Positions 1 through 10,985 of a DNA stretch of 64,000 nt are shown piece after piece (within the stretch, counting starts at the first letter, position 1; each line of letters starts with the position of its first letter). The notes under the pieces are model-generated. The model saw only the letters and a program-made list of their open reading frames with translations, was not told the origin of the DNA and made no database searches. Where the stretch lies: the IMG/VR virus record IMGVR_UViG_2547132035_000002; one strand, given 5' to 3'. The DNA comes from a virus. Taxonomy: Duplodnaviria > Heunggongvirae > Uroviricota > Caudoviricetes. Both the position numbers and the translations under genes were made by a program.

Positions 1-1050
1 CATTGCATAGACTTCTTTGGCAGTCTTTTCAGGGACACCATTATCTACGCAACGTTTGGAAAATTCCTCCTCCATCTGGTCGATATATTGCTTATCTTTT
101 TTTCCGATTCCACGACGCAATATATCTGCCTCTCCTAAACTGAACCCTGCCATATCCTGCACAACCTGCATAATCTGTTCCTGATAAACTAAGATACCAA
201 AGGTTTCTTTTGCAGAATTTTCATAGAGAGGATGGGGGTATTTTACTTTAGAAGGGGTTTTCATTCCTTCGATATAGTTATCAATAAATTGCATGGGTCC
301 AGGACGAAAAAGGGCGGCGATAGCAATAATATGACTCATATCTGTAGGTTGCATTTTCTTTAACAGATTACGCATTCCCTGAGATTCCAACTGAAATACT
401 TTTCCAGATTGACCTCTCTGTAATAACTCAAAAGTTTTTGTATCATCCAATGGAATCTTATCTAAATCTATCTCAATTCCTTTGTTTTTCTTTATAAGCC
501 TCAATGTCTCCACTTCAATGTCTAGTGTAATAAGACCTAAGAAGTCCATTTTGAGAAGCCCAATGGATTCTGAAGCTTTCTTTTCAAATTGTGTCACCAG
601 AACTCCATCAACTTCCATTAAGCCAACATACTGATGAAGTGGATGGGCTCCAATAATAACTCCACAGGCGTGTTTTCCTGTTGAAGATGGAAGACCATCA
701 AAAAGTTTACCAATCTTGAAAAGTTGAGCAACATCTTCACTGGAATCAATTCTTTCTTTAAAAAAAGGAATTGTTTTTAAATCTTCCAGTGTTGGTTCAA
801 TTTCTTGCTCCTCTTCTCTATCTTCTTCTTCCAAATAAACAAACTTTCTTATTTTCTTAGGAACATTCTTGGATAATTCATCTGTAACCAGATAAGGAAT
901 GCCAAGAACCTTCCCTACGTTTCTAATAATGCTTTTCAAGCCTAGCATATTGTAAGTAACTATTTGTGAAACATGGTCATACCCATATTTAGCTTGAACA
1001 TATTCAACAATAACATGTCTATACTGATTTTGGAAATCTGTATCTATATC
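1..1050 (-). CDS. dnaE: DNA polymerase III alpha subunit (DnaE), 3' exon; continues upstream of the window
   Basis: Minus-strand translation reads ...DIDTDFQNQYRHVIVEYVQAKYGYDHVSQIV...LLKMDFLGL...ALFRPGPMQFI... without a start codon (stops immediately upstream in frame). It continues the DnaE motifs of the 1719..3059 ORF (ERVSMP|DIDTDF junction). Confidence 0.75.
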
Positions 1051-1718
1051 CAAAAATACCCTCGGTTTCCCGATATTTATTAGGGGAATAGACTATATCT
1101 TCTGATAAATAACTTATCAGTCAGTACACTTCGGCTAGTAACTCATCTTCTAGCCTACAAACAATTACGTTCTAGTCGTTACACTTTTTTGCAATTCTTT
1201 CAATTCTATAATTACCACTTAACTCCATTTTTTAAAAGATATGGTTTACACATAATAATTCCTTGATTCTCTATATATTTCTTCAACACTTTTATACTGA
1301 CCAACAAAATTATCTTTGTAGTATAAATTTATTAGTCCAGTTTTGTAGGTCTTATGATGTATTCCATCGCTTGTATTTTTTCTGTTTTTTGGGTTCATTG
1401 GAATTATTTCAAATTCACCACATCTTAGACACTTAGATAATGAATGAAAACTAACATTGTAATTATTAAATGCAAATCGAGAAGCTTCATAATATATTAA
1501 ATTGCAAATTTAGCACGGATATTACCAGCTATCCATTTCTGGACCTTAGGCTTTCTTAGTCAGCGACTTCGTTGATTGGATTGCATATCATGCAATTCAA
1601 CTATTATCATTATCTCCCTGTAGGGTTTGAATGACCATCTTATTCAACTGATACCGTTAGCCTCATGTAATGAGACACCTCTGAGTTATAGAGTTCACAC
1701 TGAATGCCCAACAAGTTT
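1051..1718 (-). other. putative group I intron interrupting dnaE, with a degenerate HNH-like homing-endonuclease remnant
   Basis: A 668-nt insertion sits between two in-frame DnaE segments and has stops in all frames. The 5' exon ends in U (Pro codon cct), the insert ends in G directly before the GAT of DIDTDF, and exon 2 has no start codon of its own. An internal frame reads ...CLRCGEFEIIPMNPKNRKNTSDGIHHKTY... (CxxC plus HH, HNH-like) but lacks a start codon. Confidence 0.55.
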
Positions 1719-3059
1719 AGGCATAGATACTCTTTCGATATTTAGAAATCTTTCAAACAGCAAATCCAATGATAAGGGTTCAAGATTTGTTATTTTTAAT
1801 AAATAACATAATAAAGAACCTGCACCTGACCCTCTTCCAGGACCAACAGCAATCTTATAATTCTTCTTTAGAATCCCCTCAGGAATCCTTGAATACTCTG
1901 GATAGCAATTCCTTGGAAAATACCTTTCAGGATGTTTAAAAACTTTTTCATCTTTGGCAAAGTTTATATAATCCTGAACAATCAGCAAATATCCTAGAAA
2001 CCCCATTTCCTTAACAGTTTCAAATTCATATTCCATACGGTCTATATAATCCTGACGAGTGAATCTAGGGTCAAATGCTGAATCATCAGGGAATCTTTCT
2101 TCAAACCCCTTAAGCATTAGCTCTCTAAAATAACTTTCCTCTGTATAGCCTTGTGGTAATGGAAATTCTGGGAATGTTTGAAGTTTAGGAACAGTTGCTT
2201 GACAAGCATTAGCAATTTTTAAGGTGTTTTCTAGCAGATTCGGATACTTTAGCAAATATTTAGAAAATGCCTTTGTCATTTCAACTTCTGTCTTCAAATA
2301 CCATTCACTATTGAAGTCAACATGTCTAGAAGCATAATTATGAATCCAGTCAACCTCATTTGCTTTTAAACTGTTCAGTTCACTATTCATAGATACAGCC
2401 AGACTTCTATACTGAGCATCTTCTTTTCTAAGATAATAAGCATTATTTGTAGCAACATAATCAATTCCAATACTTAATGCTTTCTCAATAATGCCACTCT
2501 CAATAAATTTTTCTTCTTCCTTCATAAAATGATTAGAAACTTCTAGATATAGATTCTCTCCAAAAAAAGCCTTTAAATCCTTTAATAACATAACAGCCTC
2601 ATCGATTCTATCATTAACAACTAAGTCAAACACCTCACCTTCTTCTCCACCAGATAGACAGAATAATCCTTCCCCATGATGTTTTAAATCCTCAAAAGTG
2701 AGATAAGCAAATTGCTCATGATTAGTATTAGCTATTGTTGATAAAGCGATTAAGTGTTGATACCCTATCTCATTTTTAGCCAACAGTGTAATATTAAAGA
2801 ATTCATTTTCAACATATCTTGCTTTCACTATAAATGTTATTCCAAAAATAGGATGAATACTATCCCTCTTTAAACTTTTTGTTTTTTTAGTCTTCTTTAA
2901 AGCCGCTTGCTCAAAGTCATAGAAGGTGTGCATTGTATTAATATCTGTAATAGCAACTGCATTACTTTTCATTCTAGCTGTTTTTTCAAGAACATTGTCT
3001 ATCTTATTAAATCCATTCATAAGAGAAAAACAGCTTTTTACATTGAGATGTATAAACAT
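1719..3059 (-). CDS. dnaE: DNA polymerase III alpha subunit (DnaE), 5' exon (PHP domain and start of the polymerase core)
   Basis: The 454-aa ORF opens [16 protein letters not shown] (degenerate PHP) and contains [24 protein letters not shown] and [12 protein letters not shown], matching the DnaE motifs GPGRGSAAGS and ERFLNPERVSMPD. Eight codons after SMP there is a stop, consistent with an intron boundary. Confidence 0.8.
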
Positions 3060-3069
3060 TTTTTATCCT

Positions 3070-3110
3070 CCTTCTGTAATAAAAAAAGACTACTTCCTCA
3101 TGGAAATAGT
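3070..3110 (-). terminator. rho-independent terminator-like hairpin (gactacttcc/ggaaatagtc) followed by a T-run on the minus strand
   Basis: Imperfect 10-bp stem plus TTTTTTT when read on the minus strand, located between ORF 3165..3365 and the dnaE start. Confidence 0.4.
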
Positions 3111-3164
3111 CCTACTTCGTTTATATTACTCTTATATTTTATCATATATTTGAAAACAAAGTTT

Positions 3165-3365
3165 TTATTTTAAACCACATTTCTCATATAGTTTGTTTGA
3201 ATAGTCTCGTTCTCTCATATCATCATTCATGAAGCCTAAACTGCAGCATGATTCATATCCCCACTCATTATGACATCTATATTCCTGATATGAAAAAAAT
3301 GGACATTCTCCACACCTTCTAGGCTTCTCTATTTCAATTGATACTTTTATATTTTTTGTTTTCAT
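3165..3365 (-). CDS. small Cys-rich hypothetical protein
   Basis: 66-aa ORF with CGEC...CHNEWGYESCC; no recognisable family. Confidence 0.35.
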   Translation of the reverse strand: MKTKNIKVSIEIEKPRRCGECPFFSYQEYRCHNEWGYESCCSLGFMNDDMRERDYSNKLYEKCGLK

Positions 3366-3414
3366 ATTTTATACCTCGCTCTTCTTTAATCTGACTGTAT
3401 TGATTATTCTTCAT

Positions 3415-3852
3415 TTAAAAAATATTTTCCTTTTTAAAGGAAATGATATTATCTCCAGCAGCTATAAGATAATCCACCATTTTTATTCCCATAATCTCTG
3501 AAGCTTCCCTTAATGCCCTAGCATTGTTTATATCCTCAAGTGAAGGTTCTGGATTTTCACTGGGATGATTATGAGCTATTACAAATGCAGAAGCGTTTGC
3601 TAATAAAAGCCTTTTAAAAACATCTCTTGGAACACACAGAGATTCCTCAATACTTCCCCGTGACACTTCAAAAAATCCAGTCATATTTAATTGAGTATCC
3701 AACCCTATCAAAAGAACAACCTCTTCTGCTTCTTTTGATAAATGAATATCGTTAATTAAAAACTCTTTAATTCTATCCAATTTGTTCATATGAATACATC
3801 TAAATGTCTGTTCCTTAACAAGCTTAAGTTTAAACTTATATGTATCTTTCAA
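3415..3852 (-). CDS. RadC-like JAB/MPN domain protein
   Basis: VIAHNHPSENPEPSLEDI matches the RadC/JAB motif HNHPSGxPxPSxxD. Confidence 0.75.
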   Translation of the reverse strand: MKDTYKFKLKLVKEQTFRCIHMNKLDRIKEFLINDIHLSKEAEEVVLLIGLDTQLNMTGFFEVSRGSIEESLCVPRDVFKRLLLANASAFVIAHNHPSENPEPSLEDINNARALREASEIMGIKMVDYLIAAGDNIISFKKENIF

Positions 3853-3894
3853 TATTTTTCCTCCTTTTCATGTTTTCTTAAATTTATTTCAAAA

Positions 3895-4086
3895 TCAATC
3901 TTTTGTCACTATCTCCTTTGTTAAGAATCCTCTGAGATTTCCACAGCTATCTACTATTTCTTTGACCAACTCAAGATTGTTTTTGGGTTCATTAAGAAAA
4001 GTAATCATTTCAATAATATTTTTAAATGTGAGATGAACTTTAGACTTCACATTTTTGCTTGAGACTTCCAAATATACATACTTCAT
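3895..4086 (-). CDS. hypothetical protein
   Basis: 63-aa ORF tightly spaced upstream of the RadC-like gene. Confidence 0.3.
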   Translation of the reverse strand: MKYVYLEVSSKNVKSKVHLTFKNIIEMITFLNEPKNNLELVKEIVDSCGNLRGFLTKEIVTKD

Positions 4087-4115
4087 ATTCTATCCTCCTC
4101 ACGCTTCACTTTTAT

Positions 4116-5363
4116 TTATGCTAGTAACACTTCACTCTCTACAGAAGGATACCCCTTAAGAGAATTTATATATCTTTTAGCAACTTGAATATCAAATCTG
4201 GTTTTATTCTCAAATTTGCAATAAGCCATGACATAATCTATAACATCCAAGGCTTTGTCTGGAAAGTATTTATCTGGAATATCTATACACAAATCAATAA
4301 TATTATCAATGTCTAAATCCTTTATAGATACGTGATGATATTTAGAATAATCCTCAACTTTTTTAGTTATCATCCTCTTCACTTTATTTATTTCAGGTTC
4401 TCTTATAGTCACCTGTCTAAAACGTCTATTGAGTGCTGCATCGTTTTGAATAAACTGATTATACTCAGCTTCTGTTGTTGCTACGATAAACTTATAATTT
4501 GACCTTGCCATAACAGGTTTAATCATATCAGAGACGGATAGACTTTCAGTAGCTCCACTTTTTAAAATATCATGCCCTTCATCGATAAAGATAATGGCCT
4601 TTTTATCTCTTGTTATATTAAGCAATTTATTTATTTTTTCTTCCAATTCTCCTCTGTACCTAGTTCCAGACATTGCAGCAGTTAAGTTAAAAGAAACAAT
4701 TTGGTATCCATCAAGATTTTTTGGTGGATAATACTTCAAAATTCTCGCCAACTCCTCTACAACTGCACTTTTTCCAACACCTGCTTTACCTATTAAAGCA
4801 ACATTACTTTTTTCTTTGCAGCTAAGACTAATTATAATATCCTTAACCTCTTGATTTCTTTCAAGTATAAGTTTTTTGCGAGATGGCTGAAGAATCGTTG
4901 CAAAGGATTCACAAGGACCAAGTTTAATATCGTCCATGTTTTCTTTTTCCTCTAGTTCCTTTTTAATTTCATCAAAGGGGACATGATAATTGTTGAGTAA
5001 TTCTACTGCTACACTTTCTTTTTGTAGTAACATAGCAATTGATAAAGTATTCAAAGAAACTTTACTTTCTTTTTTCGCTTCACTCATACTCATAGCATCT
5101 TCTAAAATCTTCTTTACGACTTCACTGTACTCCATATAAAAAGGTTGAATATCTTTTTCACCAAACAACCTTACAACATCCTCATATATCATTTCATCAT
5201 CAACATGATACGTCTTTAATATCTTAGAAAAAGGACAATCTTTTATCTTCAAAAGAGATAAGAGAAGATGTTCACTTCCTACACTACTATGTCCTAAATC
5301 AAAAGCAATACTCTCTGCAATGACAATTGCTTTTTGCGCTTTCTCATCAAACGCTGTTAACAT
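4116..5363 (-). CDS. ClpC/ClpA-like AAA+ ATPase, truncated form (Clp_N domain plus D1 only)
   Basis: The N-terminal Clp_N repeat (LTAFDEKAQKAIVIAESIAFDLGHSSVGSEHLLLSLL) is followed by Walker A LIGKAGVGKSAV, Walker B FIDEGHDIL and sensor ALNRRFRQVTIREP. No D2 domain. Confidence 0.65.
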   Translation of the reverse strand: MLTAFDEKAQKAIVIAESIAFDLGHSSVGSEHLLLSLLKIKDCPFSKILKTYHVDDEMIYEDVVRLFGEKDIQPFYMEYSEVVKKILEDAMSMSEAKKESKVSLNTLSIAMLLQKESVAVELLNNYHVPFDEIKKELEEKENMDDIKLGPCESFATILQPSRKKLILERNQEVKDIIISLSCKEKSNVALIGKAGVGKSAVVEELARILKYYPPKNLDGYQIVSFNLTAAMSGTRYRGELEEKINKLLNITRDKKAIIFIDEGHDILKSGATESLSVSDMIKPVMARSNYKFIVATTEAEYNQFIQNDAALNRRFRQVTIREPEINKVKRMITKKVEDYSKYHHVSIKDLDIDNIIDLCIDIPDKYFPDKALDVIDYVMAYCKFENKTRFDIQVAKRYINSLKGYPSVESEVLLA

Positions 5364-5548
5364 AAAATTTCCTCCTTTTTTGTTTATTAACCAAAAGAGG
5401 ATACGCCTTCATGACATATCCTCTGCTCGTTATATATTTCATTATTATTGTATCACATATCTTAAGAAGTGTAATATATAACCTATATATATTATTAAAC
5501 AGATGCTACTCAGTTGTACATTACCTTACTAATATATAAAAAAGGCTA

Positions 5549-7387
5549 CTAAAAAGTAACCTCTAAAACATTAAATCTTGGCCCCATTCCACAAAAATCA
5601 CTATAACCAACTTCAACTTTATATGTCACCCTTGATTCCTTCGTTTTTCGTATATATTTTTCATATTTTTGCTGTTGAGCTTCAGATTCTGTTTTTCCAT
5701 TATTTATAAGTTTTTGAACATTGTCAAAAGATAAAACAAAATCTCTATTACATAGTATTTTAGCTTCTTCTAATCCTCCATAGTTCCATAATTCAAAATT
5801 ATTCCAAATAGTCTTTGTTCCTGATTTATCAGGTTCCTTATGAAGAAATTTAGCGTGTTTAGACTTATAATACAGATTAATTTCCTTAACATTATAGCTT
5901 AATTCCACGATTGGCAAACGAAGTCCATTTCCAAAAGGCTTTAATTCTTTGACCGCTTCAGCAATTTCCTTTCTTTGTTCAATTGTTGTCAATTGAATAT
6001 AATTCTTTGCATAAGAGGAATGAGCAAGTCTGTCCTCTACAATTTCAGTTATTTTGCTTTTAAATTGTTCAATATTTTCATCCAGAACAGTAACCCCTAC
6101 TGCCCCCGCATGTCCACCAAAGGTATAGAGTGTCCCTGTTTCATCTTGAACCTGAGAAAGAATATCATACAAATTTAGTTCTTCTACTCCTCTTCCTGAA
6201 CCTTTCCAAGCTTTTTGACCACTTTCGATTGTGCAGTCAGTCAATACAAAAGTTGGATATCCATTCTGATTTGTATAATGAGATGCCAAAATCCCAAGTA
6301 CCCCTTCATGCAGTTCCTTTTGGACAATTAAATTAATCTTATGTTTATCACTCATATGAATTTTTTCTAGGCACTCCAACTTTACCTTTTTTCTCTCTTC
6401 ATTGATATAGTACATAAATGAAAATCTTTTTTTTGCTTCCTCTTTAGTTTGTGCTGTTAAAAATTGAACTGCTTTACCTGCATCAGTTAACCTTCCAACT
6501 GCATTTAAACACGGTCCAACATAAAACCCAATTGATGTTTCTTCAAATGTTTTTTGATTGACCCCAAGTTCTTTTAACATCATTTGAATTCTCCAATCTG
6601 GATTCTTTTTAATCATTTCAATTCCATCCATTAACCATTTTCTATTTTCATTGACTTTTGCTGTATCTTCATCAATGGAAGCAAGTGGCATAACATCAGT
6701 TACAATAGAAATTGCTGACAACTGAAACAGATAGTCCTTCAATTGGAATTCCTTTCTCCTCATTGCTTTTTTTATTAATTTCTTATCCTTTAATGGGGAG
6801 CACTCTTCAATGATACCTAAGCATAGTTTATATGCTGTCTGACATCCACTTATATTAGAAAATGGATAGTCTCCTAAAGCAGGATGAACAATATAATCTG
6901 CAATTGGCAAAGTTTCTCCTGGTGTATGGTGGTCTGTCACAATAACAATGATTCCTTTGCTTTTAGCATATCGGATTGCTTCTAAGGCGGAAATGCCATT
7001 ATCACATGTTAAGATAACATCAGCATTAATTGCAATAGCATCATCCACCAAAGCATGACTTAATCCATATCCATTCTTGACTCTATGTGGAATGAGATAC
7101 TCCACACAAGCCCCACAATAATCTAGAGTTAAATATAAGCAGCTTGTTGATGTCACTCCATCTGCATCATAATCTCCTATAATAACTATCTTTTTATTAT
7201 TTTTAATAAACTCCCCAATAGCATGAACAACTTCTCTTAAATCGTGTAGAAGATATTTATCATGCATCTCACAAGGGTGAGTTAAGTAGTAGGCGGATGC
7301 CTTGGTAAATCCACAAGATGTAAGATACATATCCATTTGAGGACATACATGCAATCCACTTATCTTATTATACTTTTTCCATTTCAT
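5549..7387 (-). CDS. recJ: single-stranded-DNA-specific exonuclease RecJ (DHH family)
   Basis: IVIIGDYDADGVTSTS, ILTCDNGISA and VIVTDHH are DHH motifs I-III; length and C-terminal region fit RecJ. Confidence 0.8.
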   Translation of the reverse strand: MKWKKYNKISGLHVCPQMDMYLTSCGFTKASAYYLTHPCEMHDKYLLHDLREVVHAIGEFIKNNKKIVIIGDYDADGVTSTSCLYLTLDYCGACVEYLIPHRVKNGYGLSHALVDDAIAINADVILTCDNGISALEAIRYAKSKGIIVIVTDHHTPGETLPIADYIVHPALGDYPFSNISGCQTAYKLCLGIIEECSPLKDKKLIKKAMRRKEFQLKDYLFQLSAISIVTDVMPLASIDEDTAKVNENRKWLMDGIEMIKKNPDWRIQMMLKELGVNQKTFEETSIGFYVGPCLNAVGRLTDAGKAVQFLTAQTKEEAKKRFSFMYYINEERKKVKLECLEKIHMSDKHKINLIVQKELHEGVLGILASHYTNQNGYPTFVLTDCTIESGQKAWKGSGRGVEELNLYDILSQVQDETGTLYTFGGHAGAVGVTVLDENIEQFKSKITEIVEDRLAHSSYAKNYIQLTTIEQRKEIAEAVKELKPFGNGLRLPIVELSYNVKEINLYYKSKHAKFLHKEPDKSGTKTIWNNFELWNYGGLEEAKILCNRDFVLSFDNVQKLINNGKTESEAQQQKYEKYIRKTKESRVTYKVEVGYSDFCGMGPRFNVLEVTF

Positions 7388-7895
7388 TTTCTTTCTCCTT
7401 CAAATTCATGTAAATTTCTAGCTGCTCAACAATAAGCGTATAAGGATAATCCTTATGTACAGCTGGTCCTTTCCATGTTCTTTTATTAGCGTTTATTCCA
7501 TTCAAGAGTTTGATACCATGTCCCCCACTCTCTTCAACCTCTACAAGGTTTTTTGTTAAATCATCCAAAACATAATCACAAGACGTAATTTGTATATAAT
7601 CGGTTTTTTTAGCATCATAAGGGATATAGATTCTATTTTCTCTATTTATAAATGGCAAGTGCTTATCTATAATTACATCTTTGTCTTTTGGAATATGTGG
7701 TGCATCTAGCACTTTACTTCCTATGAGTATATCTATTTCTGGATGCCTTTTGTATAATTCCTGAATAGCTAAAACAACATTCTCAAAAACAAATAGTTTT
7801 GAAAAATATCCAGGAGTCAATAGTTCATCTAATCTCTCAACTGGTTTAAATTCAACCAGAGTTCCATCAAAATCCAAAATAAGTCTTTTTTTCAT
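7368..7895 (-). CDS. HAD-superfamily phosphatase, likely 5'(3')-deoxyribonucleotidase
   Basis: LILDFDGTLVEF (HAD motif I) with downstream D/K motifs; the size (175 aa) fits NT5C-type dNMPases. Confidence 0.5.
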   Translation of the reverse strand: MKKRLILDFDGTLVEFKPVERLDELLTPGYFSKLFVFENVVLAIQELYKRHPEIDILIGSKVLDAPHIPKDKDVIIDKHLPFINRENRIYIPYDAKKTDYIQITSCDYVLDDLTKNLVEVEESGGHGIKLLNGINANKRTWKGPAVHKDYPYTLIVEQLEIYMNLKEKENEMEKV

Positions 7896-7970
7896 TTTTA
7901 TTCCTCCAACATGTCAAATTCATGAATTTATGGCTCCTCCTCGTTATTAGAAACTTTGTATCTGTCATAA

Positions 7971-10274
7971 TCATGAAATTGTGGCTCCTTCTTTATATTC
8001 CATAAATAAGTGAGTTAACATAGTATTTCTTCGCTTATCTTTATTTTTCAAGGCATGCTCAAACATCTTTTCCTGTCCAACGATAAAAAGTTCATCTTTA
8101 CATCGAGTCATTCCTGTATAGACTAATTTCTTTCTTATCATAAATCTCTGATGCTCATCCATCAGCATAATGATGCATTTATATTCTGAACCTTGGCTTT
8201 TGTGAATAGTTAATGCATATGCAAGCTTTAACATATCAAAATCTTCTCTGGCATATGTCTTTTCATTTCCATTATCAAATAATACTGTAAACTTATCTTC
8301 TGATGCTATATGTCTATCCGTAGGAAAACATTCAATAACAGTTCCAACCATTCCATTTGAAATCCCATTCTCAATATTCTTCAACTGGATAACTCTATCA
8401 CCCTCTCTAAAAACTCTTTTATGCCCACTACTGATTTCAGCTTTGCTTTTATCAGGCGGATTAATAATTCCTTGAAGTTGAAGATTCATTATATCTCCTC
8501 CTAGTTCTTTGACATTTTGTGGAACCATGAGACAGACGTTCTTTATTCCCCATTGCTTAATTTTATTTACATATAAATCCAAGACAGTCTCTGAAGTCTT
8601 TTTAATATCATTTACCTCACAGGAAATAAATTTAAAATCCTTCGCTTCAGTTAAAGAGGGAATTTGTTCTTTATTAAATGCAAGAGCTCTTTTTAAAATG
8701 GTGCTATCCTTTTTTTGTCTATAGATTTCTTCTAGAATGGTCTTAGGAATATAAGGAACATCAATTAAGTCTTCTAAAACCTGTCCACAATCCACTGATG
8801 GTAACTGGTCTTTATCTCCTACACAAATCACAACGGTATCTCTTGAGACAGCTTTCATCAATTTCTCAAACAGAAGAATGTCAACCATAGAAAACTCATC
8901 AATAATTAGCAAGTCAACATTTGGCAACTGATTTTTTTCATTATATGTCCATCCAGTGTCTGGATTATATCCTAGCAATCTATGAATTGTACTGGCTTCT
9001 ATCCCTGTTGTTTCAGCCATTCGTGTTGCTGCTTTCCCAGCCAAGGCAGCCAATTTGATATTACATGTTTTTTTATGCCTTCTAAAAACTTCACATATGA
9101 CATCAACAATTGTTGTTTTGCCAGAACCAGGTGGACCAGATATTATGCTAAACTGATTAATACATGAGGTTTTAATACTTTCCTTCTGTTTGTTTGCAAG
9201 AGTAAAGCCTTTTCTCTTTTCATAATCAGCAATTATCATATCAACTTTATCTTCTTTGATAACTTTATTCTTATGTATTGCAGATGAAACTATTTGCACA
9301 ACAGTTTTTTCAGCTTTATAAATATGAGGAAGATATATAACTATATTGCCTTCATATAATCTTTTGTACAGCTTTTGTTTATAGATAAGGTCAATGACTT
9401 TTTCTCTAATAAGATTATCTGATATATTTAAGCCTAATTGTGCCTGAGCAATAAGACCTTCCTGTCCTTCTAATGGCAAAAAACAGTCTCCTTTTCCTGA
9501 TGCAGCATTTTTTAGAATTTGAATAAGATATGCTTCTATTCTCCTTCCATCCTTTTTATCAAACTTATAATATCCTAATCCAATTCTATCAATTGTTTCA
9601 AATGAGAAACCATCAATATGAATTAACTGATAAACATTCTCATCAATAATATCGGCTGCTGCACTTCCCCACTTTTTAATAAGTTTAAGAGCCTTTGACA
9701 ATGAAAGATTGAATCTTGCAAATTTAAAATAAAGAGCATCAACTGCAATATATTTTTTATGTTTCTCATAGGCCTTTTGAATTTTTTTATCACCTATTCC
9801 CTTAACTGACTTCATATCTTCTCTAAATCTCTCTTCATTGTTTTTAAAGATATTCATAGGTTCTTGAGGTTTGTTATCATAATGCTCAATAATTCTTTTT
9901 GCTGTCTTTGCTCCAAATAGAAAAGCTAGCATAGCTGTTGCACCAACATAATCATCATCTACTCTTAATGCATATTTAAAATGAAATTCTTTTTTTCCAT
10001 TTCTTTCTACCCATGTTCCATAAAATTCCAAATAGTCTCCAACATTGTAGTGATTGGTTTCTCCAACAACTTTGATATGCTCTTTTGTGGCAACATCCTT
10101 AATATCCATGACTACCCAGATTAACTTATCTGATTCTAAAAATCCTCTAGGTACAATTCGATATTGAACAGCACCTCTAATTGTTTCCAGTTCATTTTCC
10201 TTTTTATGAGAAGAAGCTGGCATAGAATTCTTCGCCAGCCTTTGCTTGTATCTATCCTTTAATCTTAAGTCCAT
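7971..10274 (-). CDS. recD2: RecD2-like SF1 helicase
   Basis: Walker A GPPGSGKTT, DEFSMVD, DQLPSV, TIHKSQGSE and YTGMTR are the RecD/SF1 motifs; HhH-like N-terminus. Confidence 0.8.
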   Translation of the reverse strand: MDLRLKDRYKQRLAKNSMPASSHKKENELETIRGAVQYRIVPRGFLESDKLIWVVMDIKDVATKEHIKVVGETNHYNVGDYLEFYGTWVERNGKKEFHFKYALRVDDDYVGATAMLAFLFGAKTAKRIIEHYDNKPQEPMNIFKNNEERFREDMKSVKGIGDKKIQKAYEKHKKYIAVDALYFKFARFNLSLSKALKLIKKWGSAAADIIDENVYQLIHIDGFSFETIDRIGLGYYKFDKKDGRRIEAYLIQILKNAASGKGDCFLPLEGQEGLIAQAQLGLNISDNLIREKVIDLIYKQKLYKRLYEGNIVIYLPHIYKAEKTVVQIVSSAIHKNKVIKEDKVDMIIADYEKRKGFTLANKQKESIKTSCINQFSIISGPPGSGKTTIVDVICEVFRRHKKTCNIKLAALAGKAATRMAETTGIEASTIHRLLGYNPDTGWTYNEKNQLPNVDLLIIDEFSMVDILLFEKLMKAVSRDTVVICVGDKDQLPSVDCGQVLEDLIDVPYIPKTILEEIYRQKKDSTILKRALAFNKEQIPSLTEAKDFKFISCEVNDIKKTSETVLDLYVNKIKQWGIKNVCLMVPQNVKELGGDIMNLQLQGIINPPDKSKAEISSGHKRVFREGDRVIQLKNIENGISNGMVGTVIECFPTDRHIASEDKFTVLFDNGNEKTYAREDFDMLKLAYALTIHKSQGSEYKCIIMLMDEHQRFMIRKKLVYTGMTRCKDELFIVGQEKMFEHALKNKDKRRNTMLTHLFMEYKEGATIS

Positions 10275-10302
10275 TTAAAGCTCCTCCTGTTCAATTGAAA
10301 TA

Positions 10303-10980
10303 TTAGTTTCTAAAAAGATGTTTCTGGTAAGCTAAATAAATAAGCTCAAGCATGGCAATCAATCGGGCAGTTGTAACTGGCACCTGAATTCTTTGGTTTT
10401 CCTTAGTCTTTGAATTCACTTCTACAATGCCAATCATCCAATTGCCTTGTTTCATTCCTGGAGTTACATAAAAAGTATTTGAAATACTTTTATCAGGCTG
10501 TTTATACTCAGAAAAAATACTTTCACAATATTTTTTTGTAGCATTTAACGTCGCTCTTTCCAATTCTTCTAATACGGAATATTTACCTGAGAGAAAAATG
10601 TTTCTTAAATATAGAAAATTAGTTAAGTCAAGATAATGACTTTTAAATGCTTTTTGTTTCATACTTTTATCCAGCTGAGAGAAATTGATATGAATTTTTG
10701 TGTTATATCCCTTATCTTCATCAGTTAGATTAAAACCATCTTCAAGAACTTCTAAAAAAACATCTCCTGTTTTCATTTGAGCATAAACTTTGTCTATTTT
10801 TTTTGGGTAATCTTTTTCTCCTTTGCTGAACGCAATTCGTTCCGGTGTTTCATATGTATCGCTCATTTTTTCTGTTTCTTCCTCACTCAAAGATTTCTTA
10901 ACATCTTCTTTTACATCTCCTTCTGTTTGATTTTCTTTCAATCTACTTTTTAAACTCATAAATTTCCTCCTTTTGAGCAC
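10303..10980 (-). CDS. hypothetical protein
   Basis: 225-aa ORF with an RBS, directly upstream of recD2 in the same orientation. Confidence 0.4.
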   Translation of the reverse strand: MLKRRKFMSLKSRLKENQTEGDVKEDVKKSLSEEETEKMSDTYETPERIAFSKGEKDYPKKIDKVYAQMKTGDVFLEVLEDGFNLTDEDKGYNTKIHINFSQLDKSMKQKAFKSHYLDLTNFLYLRNIFLSGKYSVLEELERATLNATKKYCESIFSEYKQPDKSISNTFYVTPGMKQGNWMIGIVEVNSKTKENQRIQVPVTTARLIAMLELIYLAYQKHLFRN

Positions 10981-10985
10981 AAAAA

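Noticed and set aside
1051-1718. Intein interpretation of the dnaE interruption
   Set aside because: The insert contains stop codons in the dnaE frame and in all other frames, so it cannot be an in-frame intein. A split-intein dnaE-n/dnaE-c arrangement is also unlikely because exon 2 lacks a start codon and RBS.
2907-3173. Plus-strand ORFs 2907..3173 and 2926..3153, antisense to the dnaE start
   Set aside because: They are antisense to the motif-supported dnaE 5' end and to the terminator hairpin; no RBS.
8509-9167. Plus-strand ORFs 8509..8724 and 8982..9167 inside recD2
   Set aside because: Antisense to a strongly supported helicase gene; no RBS.
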